A stretch of DNA of 64,000 nt from Harriotta raleighana (lineage: Eukaryota): the NCBI GenBank assembly GCA_050575255.1, contig JBNZDD010013719.1, forward strand, positions 9,010,866-9,074,865. Reading direction: 5' to 3'. Positions 36,745 to 51,259 of this stretch are shown here, piece after piece. The first letter of the stretch is position 1, and every line of letters starts with the position of its first letter. Both the position numbers and the translations under genes were made by a program. The notes under the pieces are model-generated. The model saw nothing but the letters and a program-made list of their open reading frames with translations. It ran no database searches and was not told where the DNA came from.

Positions 36745-37099
36745 GTAGGGCAAAAAAAGCTTAACAGTAACTGTTAACAATCTGTCTGTCAGGAATTTAT
36801 ATATTGAGAATTAATACTTGCATTTAATATAGAGCTTTACACATAAAGTGGGGGTGGAAGAGAGAGAGTGTTAGAAGTTGGTTTTATAGTGGCAGGCAAT
36901 GTGTCTACATAAAGGTATTATATCAAACCTTTGTAGGAGAACATCTCAAAGAGCTTCACAAATGTTACTGCAGAGTGTAGAGACTGTATTTTGTGGGCGA
37001 ACTAGTCCTATTTGTAGCTTTTTCCATACCATTTGAGAGAACATAGAAACATAACGTTATGTAAAGTAAATTCATTACTGAATCTTAAACTGTAAAATA

Positions 37100-37960
37100 A
37101 CCGTTTCTGGTATCAACAGCAGGGCGAAACATTAGGCACGTTTCCTTACTCCACCTGACCCTGTTTACCTAGTAGAAATCAGGTTGCTAGTCGATTAGTG
37201 GACCACTTTTTTGAGTATAATTCATTTCCTGTCAGGTGAAACCTTGGGCAAGTTTCCTTGCTCCACACACCTGATAATAATCCCTCAAGAAAAAAAACAA
37301 TAATACAGTAAAAGTCCATTTATCCGGCACTCGCGGGACCTGGCCAATGCTGGTTAAACAGTTGGATCCAACGCCGAAAACCCAACACAAAAAAAACTTA
37401 TTTTATCACATACCATATTAATAATAGACTAAATAATAACAGATAATAACAGAATATTGTTTGGGTACTCTATTGTAAATCTTGTACACTGTACCATATA
37501 AATAATAGACTAAATACACTAATAACCGATACTGTAATAACAGAATATTGTATTAGTACTTTATTATTTATACTTAACTTCTGCAATGGCGACCGCCGTG
37601 GGAGGAAAAAAACGGACTTTAAGGCTTTACTAGCGGCAAGCCGAAATACCTGTACAGTACTTTCGTGTGACAATTCATTAAATGCGCCACCGCTATTCTG
37701 CCGGATAACTTCTGGTTAATCGGAAGGGGACTTTTTTTTAACGTGCTGGTTATACAGAACTTCTGGTTCATCAAGTCACGGATAAACGGCTTTCACTGTA
37801 CTGTAATTTGATCACTCAATCAACAACTGTTTGTGGGATACTGCTGTGCGCAATTAGCTGCCACGTTTCACCCAGAAATATACAATCAACTTACTTTAGT
37901 TTATTCTGTGAAGCTCTTTAAGATGTCTAGAAGATGTGAAAAGCACTGTATCAAATTATT
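37100..37960 (+). mobile_element. tRNA SINE body containing a MITE insertion
   Basis: gaaaccttgggcaagtttccttgctccacac lies before 37306-37798 and gatcactcaatcaacaactgtttgtggg...gatgtgaaaagcact lies after it. Confidence 0.75.
37306..37798. mobile_element. Medium variant (~490 bp) of the cagtaaaa-TIR MITE
   Basis: ta|cagtaaaagtccatttatccggcac at the left end and ggataaacggctttcactg|ta at the right end. Confidence 0.88.
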
Positions 37961-39253
37961 TGTAGTAGCTACAAGATTTTATCACCCAATATGATATCAC
38001 AAAACTTTCAGATTTCATTGTTAATGTTTGACCACTTACACAGTTATGAACCCCTTGCAATTTAACTTTTTTCTCAAGTAATGAATCCACTACATTTAAT
38101 AAAGTCTGTCATTCTGTGGACATTAATTCTTTTATGAACCCCACGAGTTGGTGGATCACAAAACTCCATTTCCTTGGGCTGTCAGTTTGAGACATTTGTG
38201 GTCTCAATAACCTGTGGTTGCCTGATTCTAAAATTTGGTTTACTTTCCTACACATTTCTTGTTTATATTTTGGTGTGTTTAATGGTTGCTACATATGTGG
38301 GCTGCATGAATTTCCAAGAAAAATAAATTCTCAAATTAAATGCTTTCAACATAATCACAATGAAATTCAGGATAGGTTGCACTGCTTCTAAATATGAGGT
38401 ACATTGAACTCACTGACTAAAACAATGTCCAGTATATCGTGCAGCCCTAATATTTCATACAAACAAAATAATTATTTCCTAGATTTGTCACAATTCAAAC
38501 TTTGGTTGTATTTCATTTTCAAAATATTTTGTGGTTTGCTGGTATATCCGTTAGGAAGTGGCTATATTACTCACTGACTGCTGAATTCTTCCACTTGTGA
38601 GGAAGTGCAGTAATATGCAGGTGTCTTATTAATCACTCTTTTTCAGCTGCACAGAGTCTAATTGACAGGGTAATATATATATATATATAGATACACAGGA
38701 GAAAAAATGCTCTGGTAAATTTGACTTAATTCGACTACCAATATTTGGAATTGGAGACTGCAAATTTCCAATGGTATTAGATCCCAAACCTACTAGTTTA
38801 TGAGTCTAGACACAAAGAAAATATCTGATGAACCAAAGGAAACTGTGTGCTTTGGTAGTGATACTGCTTCCTTTTGCAATAGGAATTTCTGGTGTGCTGG
38901 CATTGTAGTAATAGAATAGGGTACAATGCAACTGAACATTAAGCAACCTTTGACAGTTTGATACTGTGAAGACTTTTGAATATTATCTGCATAAAACATA
39001 TCTGCAAAGTCTGCAGATTTTTAAGTCATCTTTAGGAGACTCGGAACAGAACATAGCTTTGTGAGTAAAGCTTCAATAATTGTTTTAAACCATGAGAAAT
39101 CTCTGGACTAGTACCAAGATACAAATACTTTCTACAATAGGTGTGATAGTGTGGGGTGGTGTAGAGTTGGGAGGGCTGTGGGGGGAGAGGGCTGAAGCTA
39201 GATGCTGGGAGGAATAAGGCTTTGGTATGTGGTATATGGAGATCTGATCTGTT

Positions 39254-39720
39254 GAGTTCCGTAGTGTTGTGGTTGGAGAACTCATCTCGCAAGCGAGAGG
39301 ATCCAGGTTCAATTCCCAGCCGGGAAAAATTTTGGGCAACTTTCCTTACTCCACATACATGCCTCTATTTATCTAGTAATAAGTAGGAACCTGCTTGTTA
39401 GTTGGTTGGCTGATCGCTTTCCTGGTAATAAACCCTTCCCCCCAAAAACAATTTGGTCATTCAATGCACAATGAATTGTATGTGGGACACTCCTGTGCAC
39501 AATTGGCTTTCGTGTTTTGCTCACAAAATATTTAGTCACTACACTTTACAGTATATTCTGAGAAGTGCTTTGAAACATCTCAGACATAAAGCGCTATATC
39601 AACTGCAAGGATTATTATCATTATATAATTATTATAATAATGATTATTATTATATTCTGTGAAGTGCTTTGAGATGTCTTGAAGATGTGTTAAGGAGGAC
39701 TATCAAATTAATATTAATAA
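39254..39720 (+). mobile_element. Full-length tRNA SINE with a duplicated tail segment
   Basis: Head gagttccgtag...ctcgcaagcgagaggatccaggttcaattccc, body and tail are present, and the segment tattctgtgaagtgctttgaga is repeated. Confidence 0.85.
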
Positions 39721-41434
39721 TTAATGTCATATCACAAGCTATTAAGGTTATTAAGCTATTAAGGAGCTAGGAAGGGTTTAAGGTAACTATGTTTAAGGGA
39801 ACGAAAGATAAACTCTTTAGAATTGCCAATTCGTTGGTTTATGATCACATTGCTCAGTGAGTTGGAGGGAAGGTCATCAGATTAGCGAAGGCTTTGAGGT
39901 GAAGAATCCCCTCTCCTGACCTTTGATAAGGAAGAGTCCTTTCTGAAAACTTTATTTGATGATTTCCATGGGAAAACTGCACTTAGTGGCAAAACTTGAG
40001 TCTCCAAGTATCCACAACAATAATGGAATGACTTCCACAACAGTCATTAAATTATTATGAATCTGTCTTGGATTTTATCTTTGGCCCAAAAAGTAAAACA
40101 GCATTGCTTTTAGTCTCTGCCACAAATTCTCTAGTGCTTAAACTGCACTATTTCGAATAAAAAAAACTAGTTGAGGAACCAAGGCCAACTAAACAGAACT
40201 GTACCCAAAGCTGAAGTGAATTTCAAAAGGGTGGATTCCAACTGCAGCCAAACAACAATTTATGATTCCTCTGTCCTTGATTCTATCCAGTTGCATTTAT
40301 GACTTGCTGACCAATATTGGAATACATAGGGTTACAGTAATAAAACCATCTGTATTCAGGCTTATCAGAGGCAATGAGCATGATTGCTTTACAATCCTTG
40401 GAGGTCCTGCACAAGGGAAGAATCTTACACCTAACATTCAAACAGGATTTAGATGGGTTTTCAGTATTGTCTTTGTGGGATTAAAGAGTAATATGTGAAA
40501 GAACCATCTAATACTTGCCTTTAAATGTTATACAGAGTCCACAGTAGTCATTTTTGATCCATGTTTGTTAACCTTACAGTTAAGTTCATGATCTCCCAGT
40601 TTTGCAATAAAAATCTCAGAATTCTGTACCTTTTAATGAATACCTAACAGGAGTCCATTGAGCTTGAGCAGAAGCTTTGTGTGTAGGCTGAACACAATTT
40701 TGGTTATTCCCAAAGCAGAAATTTTGTAATCTGCTTCAGAACAACCAAGATTCAGTGGGAAATACAAATCTTGTCACAAATGATGATCTGCAGATCGCTG
40801 AAATGCTGTATTTGCAATTTCACAGTCCAATCCAACATGTGTGATGAGTTTTCAACACTACTGCAAAGCACTTTGTTAATACATCATTAACTCTAAGTTT
40901 TTAAATGTTGAATATAAACGGTTCTTGTTGAGAAATAGAAGGTATGGTTTAGTTACTCATTAATTTGAAAATTTAGCTGCCAGGATATGTGAGTTGCTCC
41001 ACTGAAACCACCATGTTAATAAATACTAGAAATCTGTTTCATAGCTGTAGGGACCAAGCTGTCAATGTTTTATGATTCCTCAATGTTAGATTACTAATTT
41101 GTAGGTGGTATCGTATACTCATTCCAAAGAATATCGGTATATTCCCCCAACACAACCCATTTAAAATTCTCTATTTGATCAAAGCCAGTTCAGAAACTGT
41201 ATGTAAGCATGTTGCCTTCTTGAGATGAAACAAGGAATGTTTCACAATGCAGTGCCATCGAAATGCAGATCATCACCTTTACTTTACAATCAGCCTCATA
41301 GTTGGATACTAGAGAACTGGATGTGAAATCAATGTCAAAAGGAATGTAACTAAAGGACATTTTGCAAGAGTAGGGGAACCTGCTTTTTATCTAACAACAC
41401 TTTATTTCTCTCTTTGTTTGCCTGCAGCAAGATT

Positions 41435-42295
41435 CAGTAAAACCTTGTTTATCCGGCACCTATGGGACCTGGTTAAACGGATTTCTGGTTGAACGGGGTT
41501 TTTTAAAAAATATTTTTTTAAATATAGAATTTAAAAAAAAAATCTAAATTATTTTAACACATACCATATTAATAATAGACCAAATAATAAGAGAATATTG
41601 TATTAGTACTTTATTATTTATAGTTAACTTCGCAACAGCAGCATTGATTCGACAAAGGTAAAACAAAACGCGACTTTTAAAAGGAGCAGCAGCGAGTTTA
41701 GATCTGACTAGCGGCCAGCACACACACATAGACAGACAGACACACACCCTCAAAGATATTCAGTCTGAATCCATCATATAAATTCTGTCCACAACCCTCA
41801 CCCCCCCCACCCCCTCTCCTTTTCCTCTCTCTCTCTATCAACCTGCCTGCATCACTCTCTCTCTCTCTCGCTCCATTATGCTTTCCCCCATCTCTCTCTC
41901 TCTCCCTTTCCTCCATCTCTCCATTCCCCCCGCCTCCGCCCTCTCTCTCTCTTTCTCTCCCTCTCCTCCATCTCTCCACACCCACTCCCTCTCTCTCTCC
42001 CTCTCTCTCTCTGTTTCCTCCATCTCTCCATTCCCTCATCCCCCACCGCTCCCTCTCTCCCTCCCTCTCTCTCTGGCCGCTATCTGCAGCAGTATTTATT
42101 ATGTATACTTAACTTCGCAACAGCAGCACTCATCCAAATGAGGTAAAAAAAAATGCGACTTTTAAAAGGAGCAGGAACAAGTTTAGACCCGACATTAAAC
42201 ACTTCATCACTATTCACCGGATAACTTCCGATTAATTGAATTGGCCCTTTTTTTTTGTCCGGTTATTCGAATCACAGATAAACAAGGTTTTACTG
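41435..42295. mobile_element. Long variant (~860 bp) MITE, an inverted copy of 29222-30066
   Basis: TIRs cagtaaaaccttgtttatc and gataaacaaggttttactg|ta, with a CT-rich core. Confidence 0.88.
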
Positions 42296-45200
42296 TAATT
42301 GAAATTGTGGGACCAATGCTCATATTCTGCTTTTGCTTCAAGTTATGCTAAAATCTAGGCATATAGATTTGCTACATAAATATGTATTAATGTGTTTTGA
42401 GTTTGCAGCATGTGTTCTCTCTGTGTTGTACTTTGAAGTATAGGTGGAATTTTGACACCTGTTAAAATATCTGTTTAGTTCAGAAAGGTTTACCTGAATC
42501 ACTATAATCTTGTGCCAATTTGAATTACTGTACCTCCTTTTTGATTATGTACAGTATATGGTTACTAATATTGTATATTATCATCGATTTTCCATACTTC
42601 TAATAACTGTGGTCCACAAAACTGAAGTAGCCGATGCCTTAACTGTGGTACATAACTGTATTGTATATTATGTAGTGTTGTCTCAAAGTTGTAGTGCTTA
42701 GATGTGTAATATGCAAGAGAAGGTTGTGGGTATTCTTCTGCTTCTGGTGCATCTGCATCAGAAAGCTTTGCTCAAAATTTGCATGAAATGAGTTAATGCG
42801 AATGAGGTTCATTAACACTGATTCAACATATCAGAAATATGTGAGAAATTGCACTTTATTTCCTCTTTAATATGCTCTGCATATCAACAACACAAAATTA
42901 CATTTATAGAGCGCCTTTCATGTCGGGAGGAGGTCCCAAGGCGCTGCACTCACCGTGCATTACATGATTACATTTGAATCCTGCATATGGTAAATCCATA
43001 TGTGGCCATTATTCTCTCTCCTTTCTTATTGGCATCAGTTATTTTGTGCTGCTACCTGAGATGGAGAATGGGTTTCCTTTCCTAATCATCTTTTGTCCAT
43101 TAGGCTTATTTTTATTATTTAGTGAGTTTTTCTTAGTGGGCTTTATTTCTGTGGCAGTATTGATCTTGTGTCAAATTCAACCGTTGGAATCCTTACCAAA
43201 AACTACAATGGTTTTTGATTCAAGTAACGATTGTGGTCTTTGAGCTATGACTTGGCATTCCAGCCTTTTCAACTATTTCAGGGAAGGCTGATGGTAAGGG
43301 TTGGTAAAACAGCTGACTCCGTTTTTTGGGGATAACAAAGTTTAAAAAGTTTGAACAACCAGCCCAAGAAAGAATTGTTAGCTTAAAATTTTCAGTGTCG
43401 GGGTAAAATTATGCTTTCAGAAAATTGTGAATACCTTGAGGAAAGACACTACCATCAATCTTGGTAAAGGATCTTAGACTATGTTAGAAATGATCCCAAC
43501 TGCTGACTTTAGTAGGGTGTTTTGCTCTTCGTAGTGATTCTGAAACAAACTTGATTGATGAATGGTGTTCGCTTATCTACCTTAAGTGGGCACAGTCTTT
43601 TTCACAAACTGCATTAAAAGGGCGGAAGAGCCTTTGCTTTCATTCTTAAAATGAGTAATTAAACCCAAGTACTCAAGTGGTTCAGGTGGATAGTTAAGAT
43701 CCTTTGGTATGACTCTATTTTGAAGAGTAGTAGTTTTGAATTTTGGCCAGTTTTCTTCCCTCATTCAAAACACTTATTTAAAAACTTTAATGGTTTGTTC
43801 ATCTCCTTGCAGTTTGTGAATCAATGCCAGTGAAGATTATCATTGCCTACACATAATTCAAATCAATGTGGTCAGATGCTGTATCAAATCAACTATGATT
43901 ATCCATATGTCAGTATTAGCTAATTTAAGATTATTCAAAATGTTAAACAATAATACTTGCATTTGATACAGCGCCTTATTACGTGTCAAGATATCTTAAA
44001 GTGTTTCACAGGATATAATATGAAATGGATTGGCTGTATTTTCTGGGGTAAAATGGCTGCACAAATAGGGTAATGTTGCCCCAGTCACATTGACAGAAAT
44101 GTTGACCATTTACTCTTGGTATACACTGTGAATGTTATAGAATTTTATATTTTAAAGATAGTTTTGAAACTTAAATTGAAGTTGATGAGAATTTCACGAT
44201 AATTTTTCTGAAATCAATACTGTATTGAAATAGTGGATATCAAGCTTGACCTTTAAGACAACTCCTCTGTACTTAGCAACCTTGTGATGTCACCCAAATG
44301 TTTTTATCTGTTTCCTTGCAGAGATATAACTGGATATCTCTTATCTTGCAGACTGATTAGAAATGATTGTATTCCATCTGGTTCTGAAGCTCTTGGGAAG
44401 AGTAAATTGCTTAAAGATGACAGTAGCCACCGAGATGAAATATATCTGTATGTTCCCCTATCGATCCCAGTTGTATAGTTTAGCAAATTGTGCAATCTAT
44501 GGCATGTTTATCTAGGCAAACGGTAGACTCTGTCTCATCTTTAGAATGTCGTCATTCCCTGAGGAGCACAAGAGCCGCTGAGTCTCTAAACCAATACTTG
44601 TTTCACATACTCTTCATTCGTGGTATCTCTCACAATGGTCAATTCTTCTCATCACTCTTCCCCAATTTCTCTGCTTTCATTAAATAAGTTGATATTTCAA
44701 ACCCCTCTGAACCCTCATACCTTTTGCAACATGTGCAAAATGGAATTTCCATCATAAACTTGCAATGCAAAGTTTATTAGTGCACGCTATTGCTGCACCA
44801 GAGACACCAGGTGATTGTCATTGAAGAGATGTAAGAAATGAATAATAATCGCTCACTAGGGCATCTTTAAAGCCCTCCAGATATTGGCGAGGGAGAATGA
44901 TTTTAGCTTCTCAAAAGAGATTATTGTAATATTCTGAATGATTTTTAAAAAAAGTATCTATTAATTAAAGTTGGTGAATAACAACAACAAAATTATATTT
45001 GTATAGCACCTTTGGTGATTGAATTTGCAGATCTATGTTTCTTTCAACGTTGGCCAAAAGCATGTTGGCGAGATACTGAAAAGGGATAAACTTCTCCTTC
45101 TCACCTCCCTGTGAAGGAAAGGATTTTGCTGATATTTCAGCCACAAATCCATAGTCACTGTACTTTACAATATATTTGGTGAAACAGTTTGAGATATCTC

Positions 45201-46414
45201 AATGACATGAAAAGGCACTATATTAAATCCAAGAGTTATTATTATTATTAAGTTAAACATGGCAACTTGTAACATATTCCCTTTCTAAAATGTTGTCCAG
45301 GTTCCAAAGTTAATTTGAGGGTCTTGATATCTTCTTAAGAACCTTTTCTCCTCGACATAGTAGAAACAAATCCCTTTGTGGGCTACTTGGTTTTTTTGTG
45401 ATCTGCACTTACTGAACCACAACTAGTTGACATGAATTACTTCATGAATGTTCTGGAATCTTACAAACTGGATGATCTAAGGAAAATGGTTTTAGGTTTT
45501 GAATTAAAATCCAGTGTTGCATTCTATTTTGGTTCTTGTTCTGTTTCTGTGCTGTTCTTGTATTTTTGTAATCATTAAAACACCCTGTTTAAAAATTGTC
45601 AACATTCGTGCACTGATAAGTCATCTATTTGTGCCCTTGCTCGAGTAACCTTGGAAGCAACAGAATGTCAAGTATTGTATTTAGTAAATGTTGGCACGCT
45701 TGCAATTTGGACAAGTTGGGACAAAACTACATAGATAAGGGTATTATCATATTTAAAACTGTTTTTATGTTTTCCTCCCTACCTCTACGCTTGTCAGCTT
45801 GCTTCACCATGATGACATTACTTTAGTTGTAGGCTGAGAGGAAATTTTAAAGATTTTTTTAAAAAGTACAGTATAAATAAAATGTATGTTTTGGAGGTTT
45901 TAAGATACAAACAGCATAAATGTGTTTATAACACATCCCTAAATAATTATTTGAGGCTTACTTTTTTAAATTCTGGATCTACTTTACACAAAGCAGCCAA
46001 AATAATCTCTACTGTTCTGTGTGCTTTGCATGTGACTGATCAATAAATGTAGAATTTCTGTAAGAATGCAACACATTCCCTCCTTTAAAATTGATAAATT
46101 GGTTCTGACTGTTGTGGCTTCTTTGAGTATTGATCTTTTTCTTTGATTCTTTATGAATGATGTCACTGTTTTGTGGGTTAAAGTACAGCTAATAAGATGA
46201 AAGCAATACTGAGAATGACCACATCGTTGCTTTGCTGAAATAACCAACTGCTGTAGATTCATTACCTACTGCATCAGGGAGTCTTAAATCTCTTATCGCT
46301 CAATTAATCCACCACCTAGGGCAGCTCTTCCACATCCTAGTCCATCACTTTTCCAATGCCCTTCCACATTTGGAAATCATAAATAGATCCTGAGAATTCA
46401 ATTTTCTGTTTAAT

Positions 46415-46765
46415 TAGTGTTGGTTAGAGAACTCGCCTCATAAGCTAGAGGACCTGGGTTCAATTCCCAGATAGGGTGAAATGTTTGGCAAGTTTCCTTT
46501 CTCAACACTTCTCCATTTAATAGTAGTACATTAGGACCCGGTTTGTTAATCAAATGCCGGATCGCTTTTCTGGGGGTAATGATCCCTTCATAAATAATAA
46601 TTTGGTCACTCAATCCATGATTGTTTGTGGAACACTGCTGTGCGCAATTTGCTGCCACGTTTCTCCCACAAAATATACAGTCAATTTTCTTTACAGTATT
46701 TGACATTTCAATAATGTGACAATGTGACAAATGCAAAGATTATTATTATAGAATTATTATATATT
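46415..46765 (+). mobile_element. Near full-length tRNA SINE
   Basis: ggttagagaactcgcctc...ggacctgggttcaattcccag, followed by the body and a (TTA)n tail. Confidence 0.85.
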
Positions 46766-49700
46766 CCCCATTATATATTATTATAATCACAGCTGATATT
46801 CTCCTTTTTACCAAACCAGAATTCTGGTCAGAGCCAAGAATTCCTCAGACAGTATGTGACCTGTTGAGTGGCCTTTTTTCAATGAATATCCCAGTTCATA
46901 ATTAAACAGTGAGTTTATGTGTAAAGATACTGGACTTTTATTTTGTGTGACATTTAAGCACATATTGAAAGGTTGGAATGAATTTATTCTCTTGGCTCAC
47001 TAAAAATAAACGTGAAATAAGTTTGCTGGGAGGGTGTAGGCAATTTCATTAAGTACAAGGCAATATAAACATGCTTGCATGCATTCAAAAATTGAACTGC
47101 AGTACAACTAGATTTCATCACTGAATATAATGTTATCAAAGATCTACAGTCTAAACTGTAGATAAGACACATGTCTAATTTTTTTTAAATAGTGAAAATA
47201 ACAATACCAGTTTCAGATAAGCATACAGGTATGTATTATTCTTGATTATTAACTGAATGGCAGTTGAAACATATTTTCTAAATTTCATCTTTTTAAATAA
47301 AACATTCAATTTAACTTGGCCAGGTTAGTTTTATAATCAGTCAGCATTGGTTGTGACCTATTATTTATTTGCTAAAATGAAAGCACTCTTTATCATACCT
47401 TGTATTATAAGAAAGACAATGCATCCATACTTGGAGATAACTTTGGACATGGTACCGATCTGTGACTTCAATCAGAAAGGATCACCATTGTTGACTAGTG
47501 ATAAAAAAAACATTAGATGCCTGAACAAAAATTTATAAACCTAGCCCAATCCCATTCCTAAAGGTAGATATATTGATGGATTTCATTCAAAAAGATCCTA
47601 TCTGTAAATGTTAAACAGGAGAGAGGAGCTTCCATTGCAAACTAAACCAACTGGAAGGAATGAGTTGTCCACATCAATCTCAGATAAACAGTAGTTTCAG
47701 ACTACTGTATTAACATTTGCTGTTGATATTTTGGTCACAGAAACAGCAAAATCATGGGGGTTTCTTGTTTTTCACACAGTTTAAGAAATCACAACCAAAA
47801 AGGGAACCACCACCAGTCTAAACATCCCTCACTGACAACGAGTGTCTATTTGCTCACTTGTTATCTTTGATGCAGGCTTCCTTAGAATTTCCCTGAGGGG
47901 AGGTAGATTTAGATATCCTGTGACATTTCGTCTAAAAATCACAGCCTAAACTAGGAAAAAGCTGTTTGGGGAAATGAGGATTGATACAGCCCAATGTAGC
48001 CTCTCGAATACAGACTGTGTTGGATAATGTATGGAATAGTTTTGCTTGTTTGATGCTTAAACCAGGAAAAGAACCTCATTATGCAAAGGTTACATCTTTG
48101 AGACTTTGAGGTGTGAAATCAAAGCATTTAAATATTGCATTTAGTAACCATATTGTGTAATGCTTTGACTTTCAGTATTAGTTATATTTTCTGGAGGATA
48201 TTTGTGCAAGGTATAATTACTATTAGACAATATTTATAAACTAAAATCAAAATTTTCTTCATTGCAACAACTTGACAGTTGCATTTCTTAAAATGATACG
48301 TTTGTGAGAGCCACATATGCAATTCTGAAAGTCTGTACTTAGTATGAAACACATTGCCAATGAAGTATGTCACTTGAGAAAAGGTTGAATAAAATTATAG
48401 ACTCTGCAGACATTAATGAAGATTGTAGAACAAGAGTGTCATTTTAAAAATGAATACAGTGTAATAGTGAGAGAGCAGACGTTTGTTCCATTCGACCAAT
48501 CTCAATTAAAATTTGGATCTTATGAGTCAAATTACAGAGCTCTTAATTCACTATTACACACTTGTCAAAAAAACTGCTTTAAAGTATAAGAAAGAAGTGA
48601 AGCATTAAGTTATCTGATATTTTGTGTTTGACTCTGCGTTTATTTTATTTGAAATTATTATGACGACAGAGAGAATAGTTTATTTAATATTATACCTTCT
48701 GCCCTCTGTAAGATGCTCTCCTAACGTGGATTGTAGCTGTCTTGGAAATGTGATTAACTAAGAGAAGTTAAATGTTGCTTTGTAAGAACTGATTATTTTT
48801 ATTTTGTGTGATTGAAACAGGATGTGAATCCCTGTAGCTGCTCAGATGCCACCTTTCATCTGCGATAAATGCAAATATTGATGGGCTGAAATTGCAGGCG
48901 GCTTTATGCAGAGCACTTTGGCTATAATGGCCATGGGATTCCCCATTATAATTGTTGTGCACAATTGGCTGCCGCATTTTGCCCACAAAATACAGTCAAT
49001 TTGCTTAACAGTATATTCTATGAAGCACTTTGAGTTGTCTCAACGGTGTGATAAGGCGTTATTTCAAATGCAAGGATTATTATTTTTACTATTATTCCAT
49101 CTTCAATAGTACTAATCACAGCGCCATTTGGAATCTGAGCCCATCATTATTGATTGTTTGGATGAGATGAGCTTGTTTCTAATTTTAGTTCTTTTTTTCC
49201 TCTTGTCAGATGAATCGAAAGAGCAGTTGTGTTGTGGGAGAAGAGAGTTCTTATTTTTAAATCAGTTATATTTTGGTGGATTTTTCCAAATGTTATTCTT
49301 TTTAATCAGCGTCATGGCATACCATTCTCTGGCTAGAGGGTTGGTTTGACACCACACAGCAAATGTGAATGCAGCACTTGAATTGGCTGTTGGGAGACAC
49401 AAAATTGACTGCAGTGATTCACCCATAGCTTTTTCCTCTTTTGTCACAACACCCAGTTTGCTGACACTAATGCCTCGTGGCATGCTTCAGATCAGAGATT
49501 CACCATTCGGTGAACCCTGGTCCCATACATTCAGCAAGTGTGTGGCCTGAAGATATAGTGCTTTTTGTTGGCAAGGATACTGGGAGAAACATCCACCAGA
49601 ACAGACAGTTGTGATCTTGGTTTAAAGCTACATCCGAAGAATATATAAAATACTGGCTTAGGGGTAACTGACACACCAGCATGTGAGATGTTGACCATTG

Positions 49701-51259
49701 TGGTAGCTGTGGTGACTAGTGAATAACTAGTGATAATAAAATAATATTCACATTTCCAAGCCACATTACTGCAAATGGTACAAGGCTACAAATTCTCACT
49801 CCGTTTTTTGATTGAATACATGTTTCTCTGTGTGGTTGTGGATAAGTTAAATTACTTCCATAAAATGAGTGAATCGTAAGAAATTCTGGGCAACAGCAAG
49901 GGCTGGGAGAGTGATGGGGAAAATGATTAAGAAATCCTTTTTTTGCTTAACTGTTCTTGGTTTCTTACCTGTTTAGAGCTTGACATTTATATAGTCATCT
50001 TGGGCATGAGATAGCTGGAGACTTGAGAATAATTGATTAATTTTATTATGTGACATGTATAATGGGGTGACCTAATTAGATAGCACGGAAATGCAACGCA
50101 TGGTTGCATATACTTTAGTTTGGAAGCTTTTCTGGGTGAGTTGGTCATTAATATTTATTTCTTTATAAAATTGGATCATTTTTTCTTTAAAGCAATAAAT
50201 ATGGATTGGGTAATGATTGGCTCTGTAATGACAATTGTAGAGGAGTGCAGAATTTTAATATTAGAGAAAATTGAAATGTACACGTTTTCTAAAAAAAACC
50301 TGTATAAATAAGGAACTGTACATTGATTTAGAAATCCCTAGATATTCTGGTTTTGCAACACAAGACTTAAAAATAATATTGTGCAGACATGAATTTTAAC
50401 CAAGCTGGTTTTCAACTCTGTTTACAGCAATCGGTTCAACTAGCTGATGTAAAGTCCAGACCGCTGAGCAATTTGCATTCAATGTGTACCTGGCAGGCTT
50501 GTTTCAACAGAGAGAAAGATGTGAATAGTTCAGATAAGCATATGTATTAAAACACTTAGATTCTTGTAATTCTAATAAAAGGAGCTTATTGCTCAGCACA
50601 TGATGTAATGCCATGTTATAATGTCGATCCTCCATCTTGATTGAGGATTAAATCTTGGCAGCAGCCAGAAACAGTCTGGTAAAATGTGTGTCATCAATTT
50701 TTGTCATTAAACAGCAGCTTGTTTGGATTACTACTGCTGGTAACCTGAGGGCCTCACCAATGGAAGAGCTACTTCCTTCATCAAACACAATTCAGTGGCT
50801 GAAAACAATTGATGCACAGTACCATGAACACATCAACTGACAATGTGTTTGTACTCTTCTCCATAGGAATACAGTATATGAAATGTACTAGAAGTAGAGC
50901 AGGGAGAAATATTCAATCAACTTCAGTATCTTGTGTATTTGTACATGATTAAGATGTAATTTCTTACTTTTATTTATTTAGCTCATGTGCTAGTGAATTT
51001 TTTTTGGAACAGCAGTTTCCACAGTGAGCAGTCGGACAGCTTTTAAGGCAAGAATAAAACAGTGATTTAAGAAGCTTCTGGTTGGGGTGATGCAGGACTG
51101 CAGTTTGTTGGAGCTGTAAAATGTGACATGGCTAAATGGGGTTTTGCCTGAGATCTTCTTCATGGTAAGTTCCTGATCTTCATGATCCCATTGATTACAG
51201 AGTCACACGTGAAAAGACAATGATCAAAGATGCATGTCTGAATTCTTGCCGTCCTTTGT

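Noticed and set aside
41698-42141. E/R/G-rich and S/L/P-rich ORFs
   Set aside because: They are translations of the GA/CT simple-sequence core of the MITE.
49970-50016. Minus-strand exon-like 46-mer with a strong gtaaga donor
   Set aside because: It has stops in all three frames and I found no partner exons.
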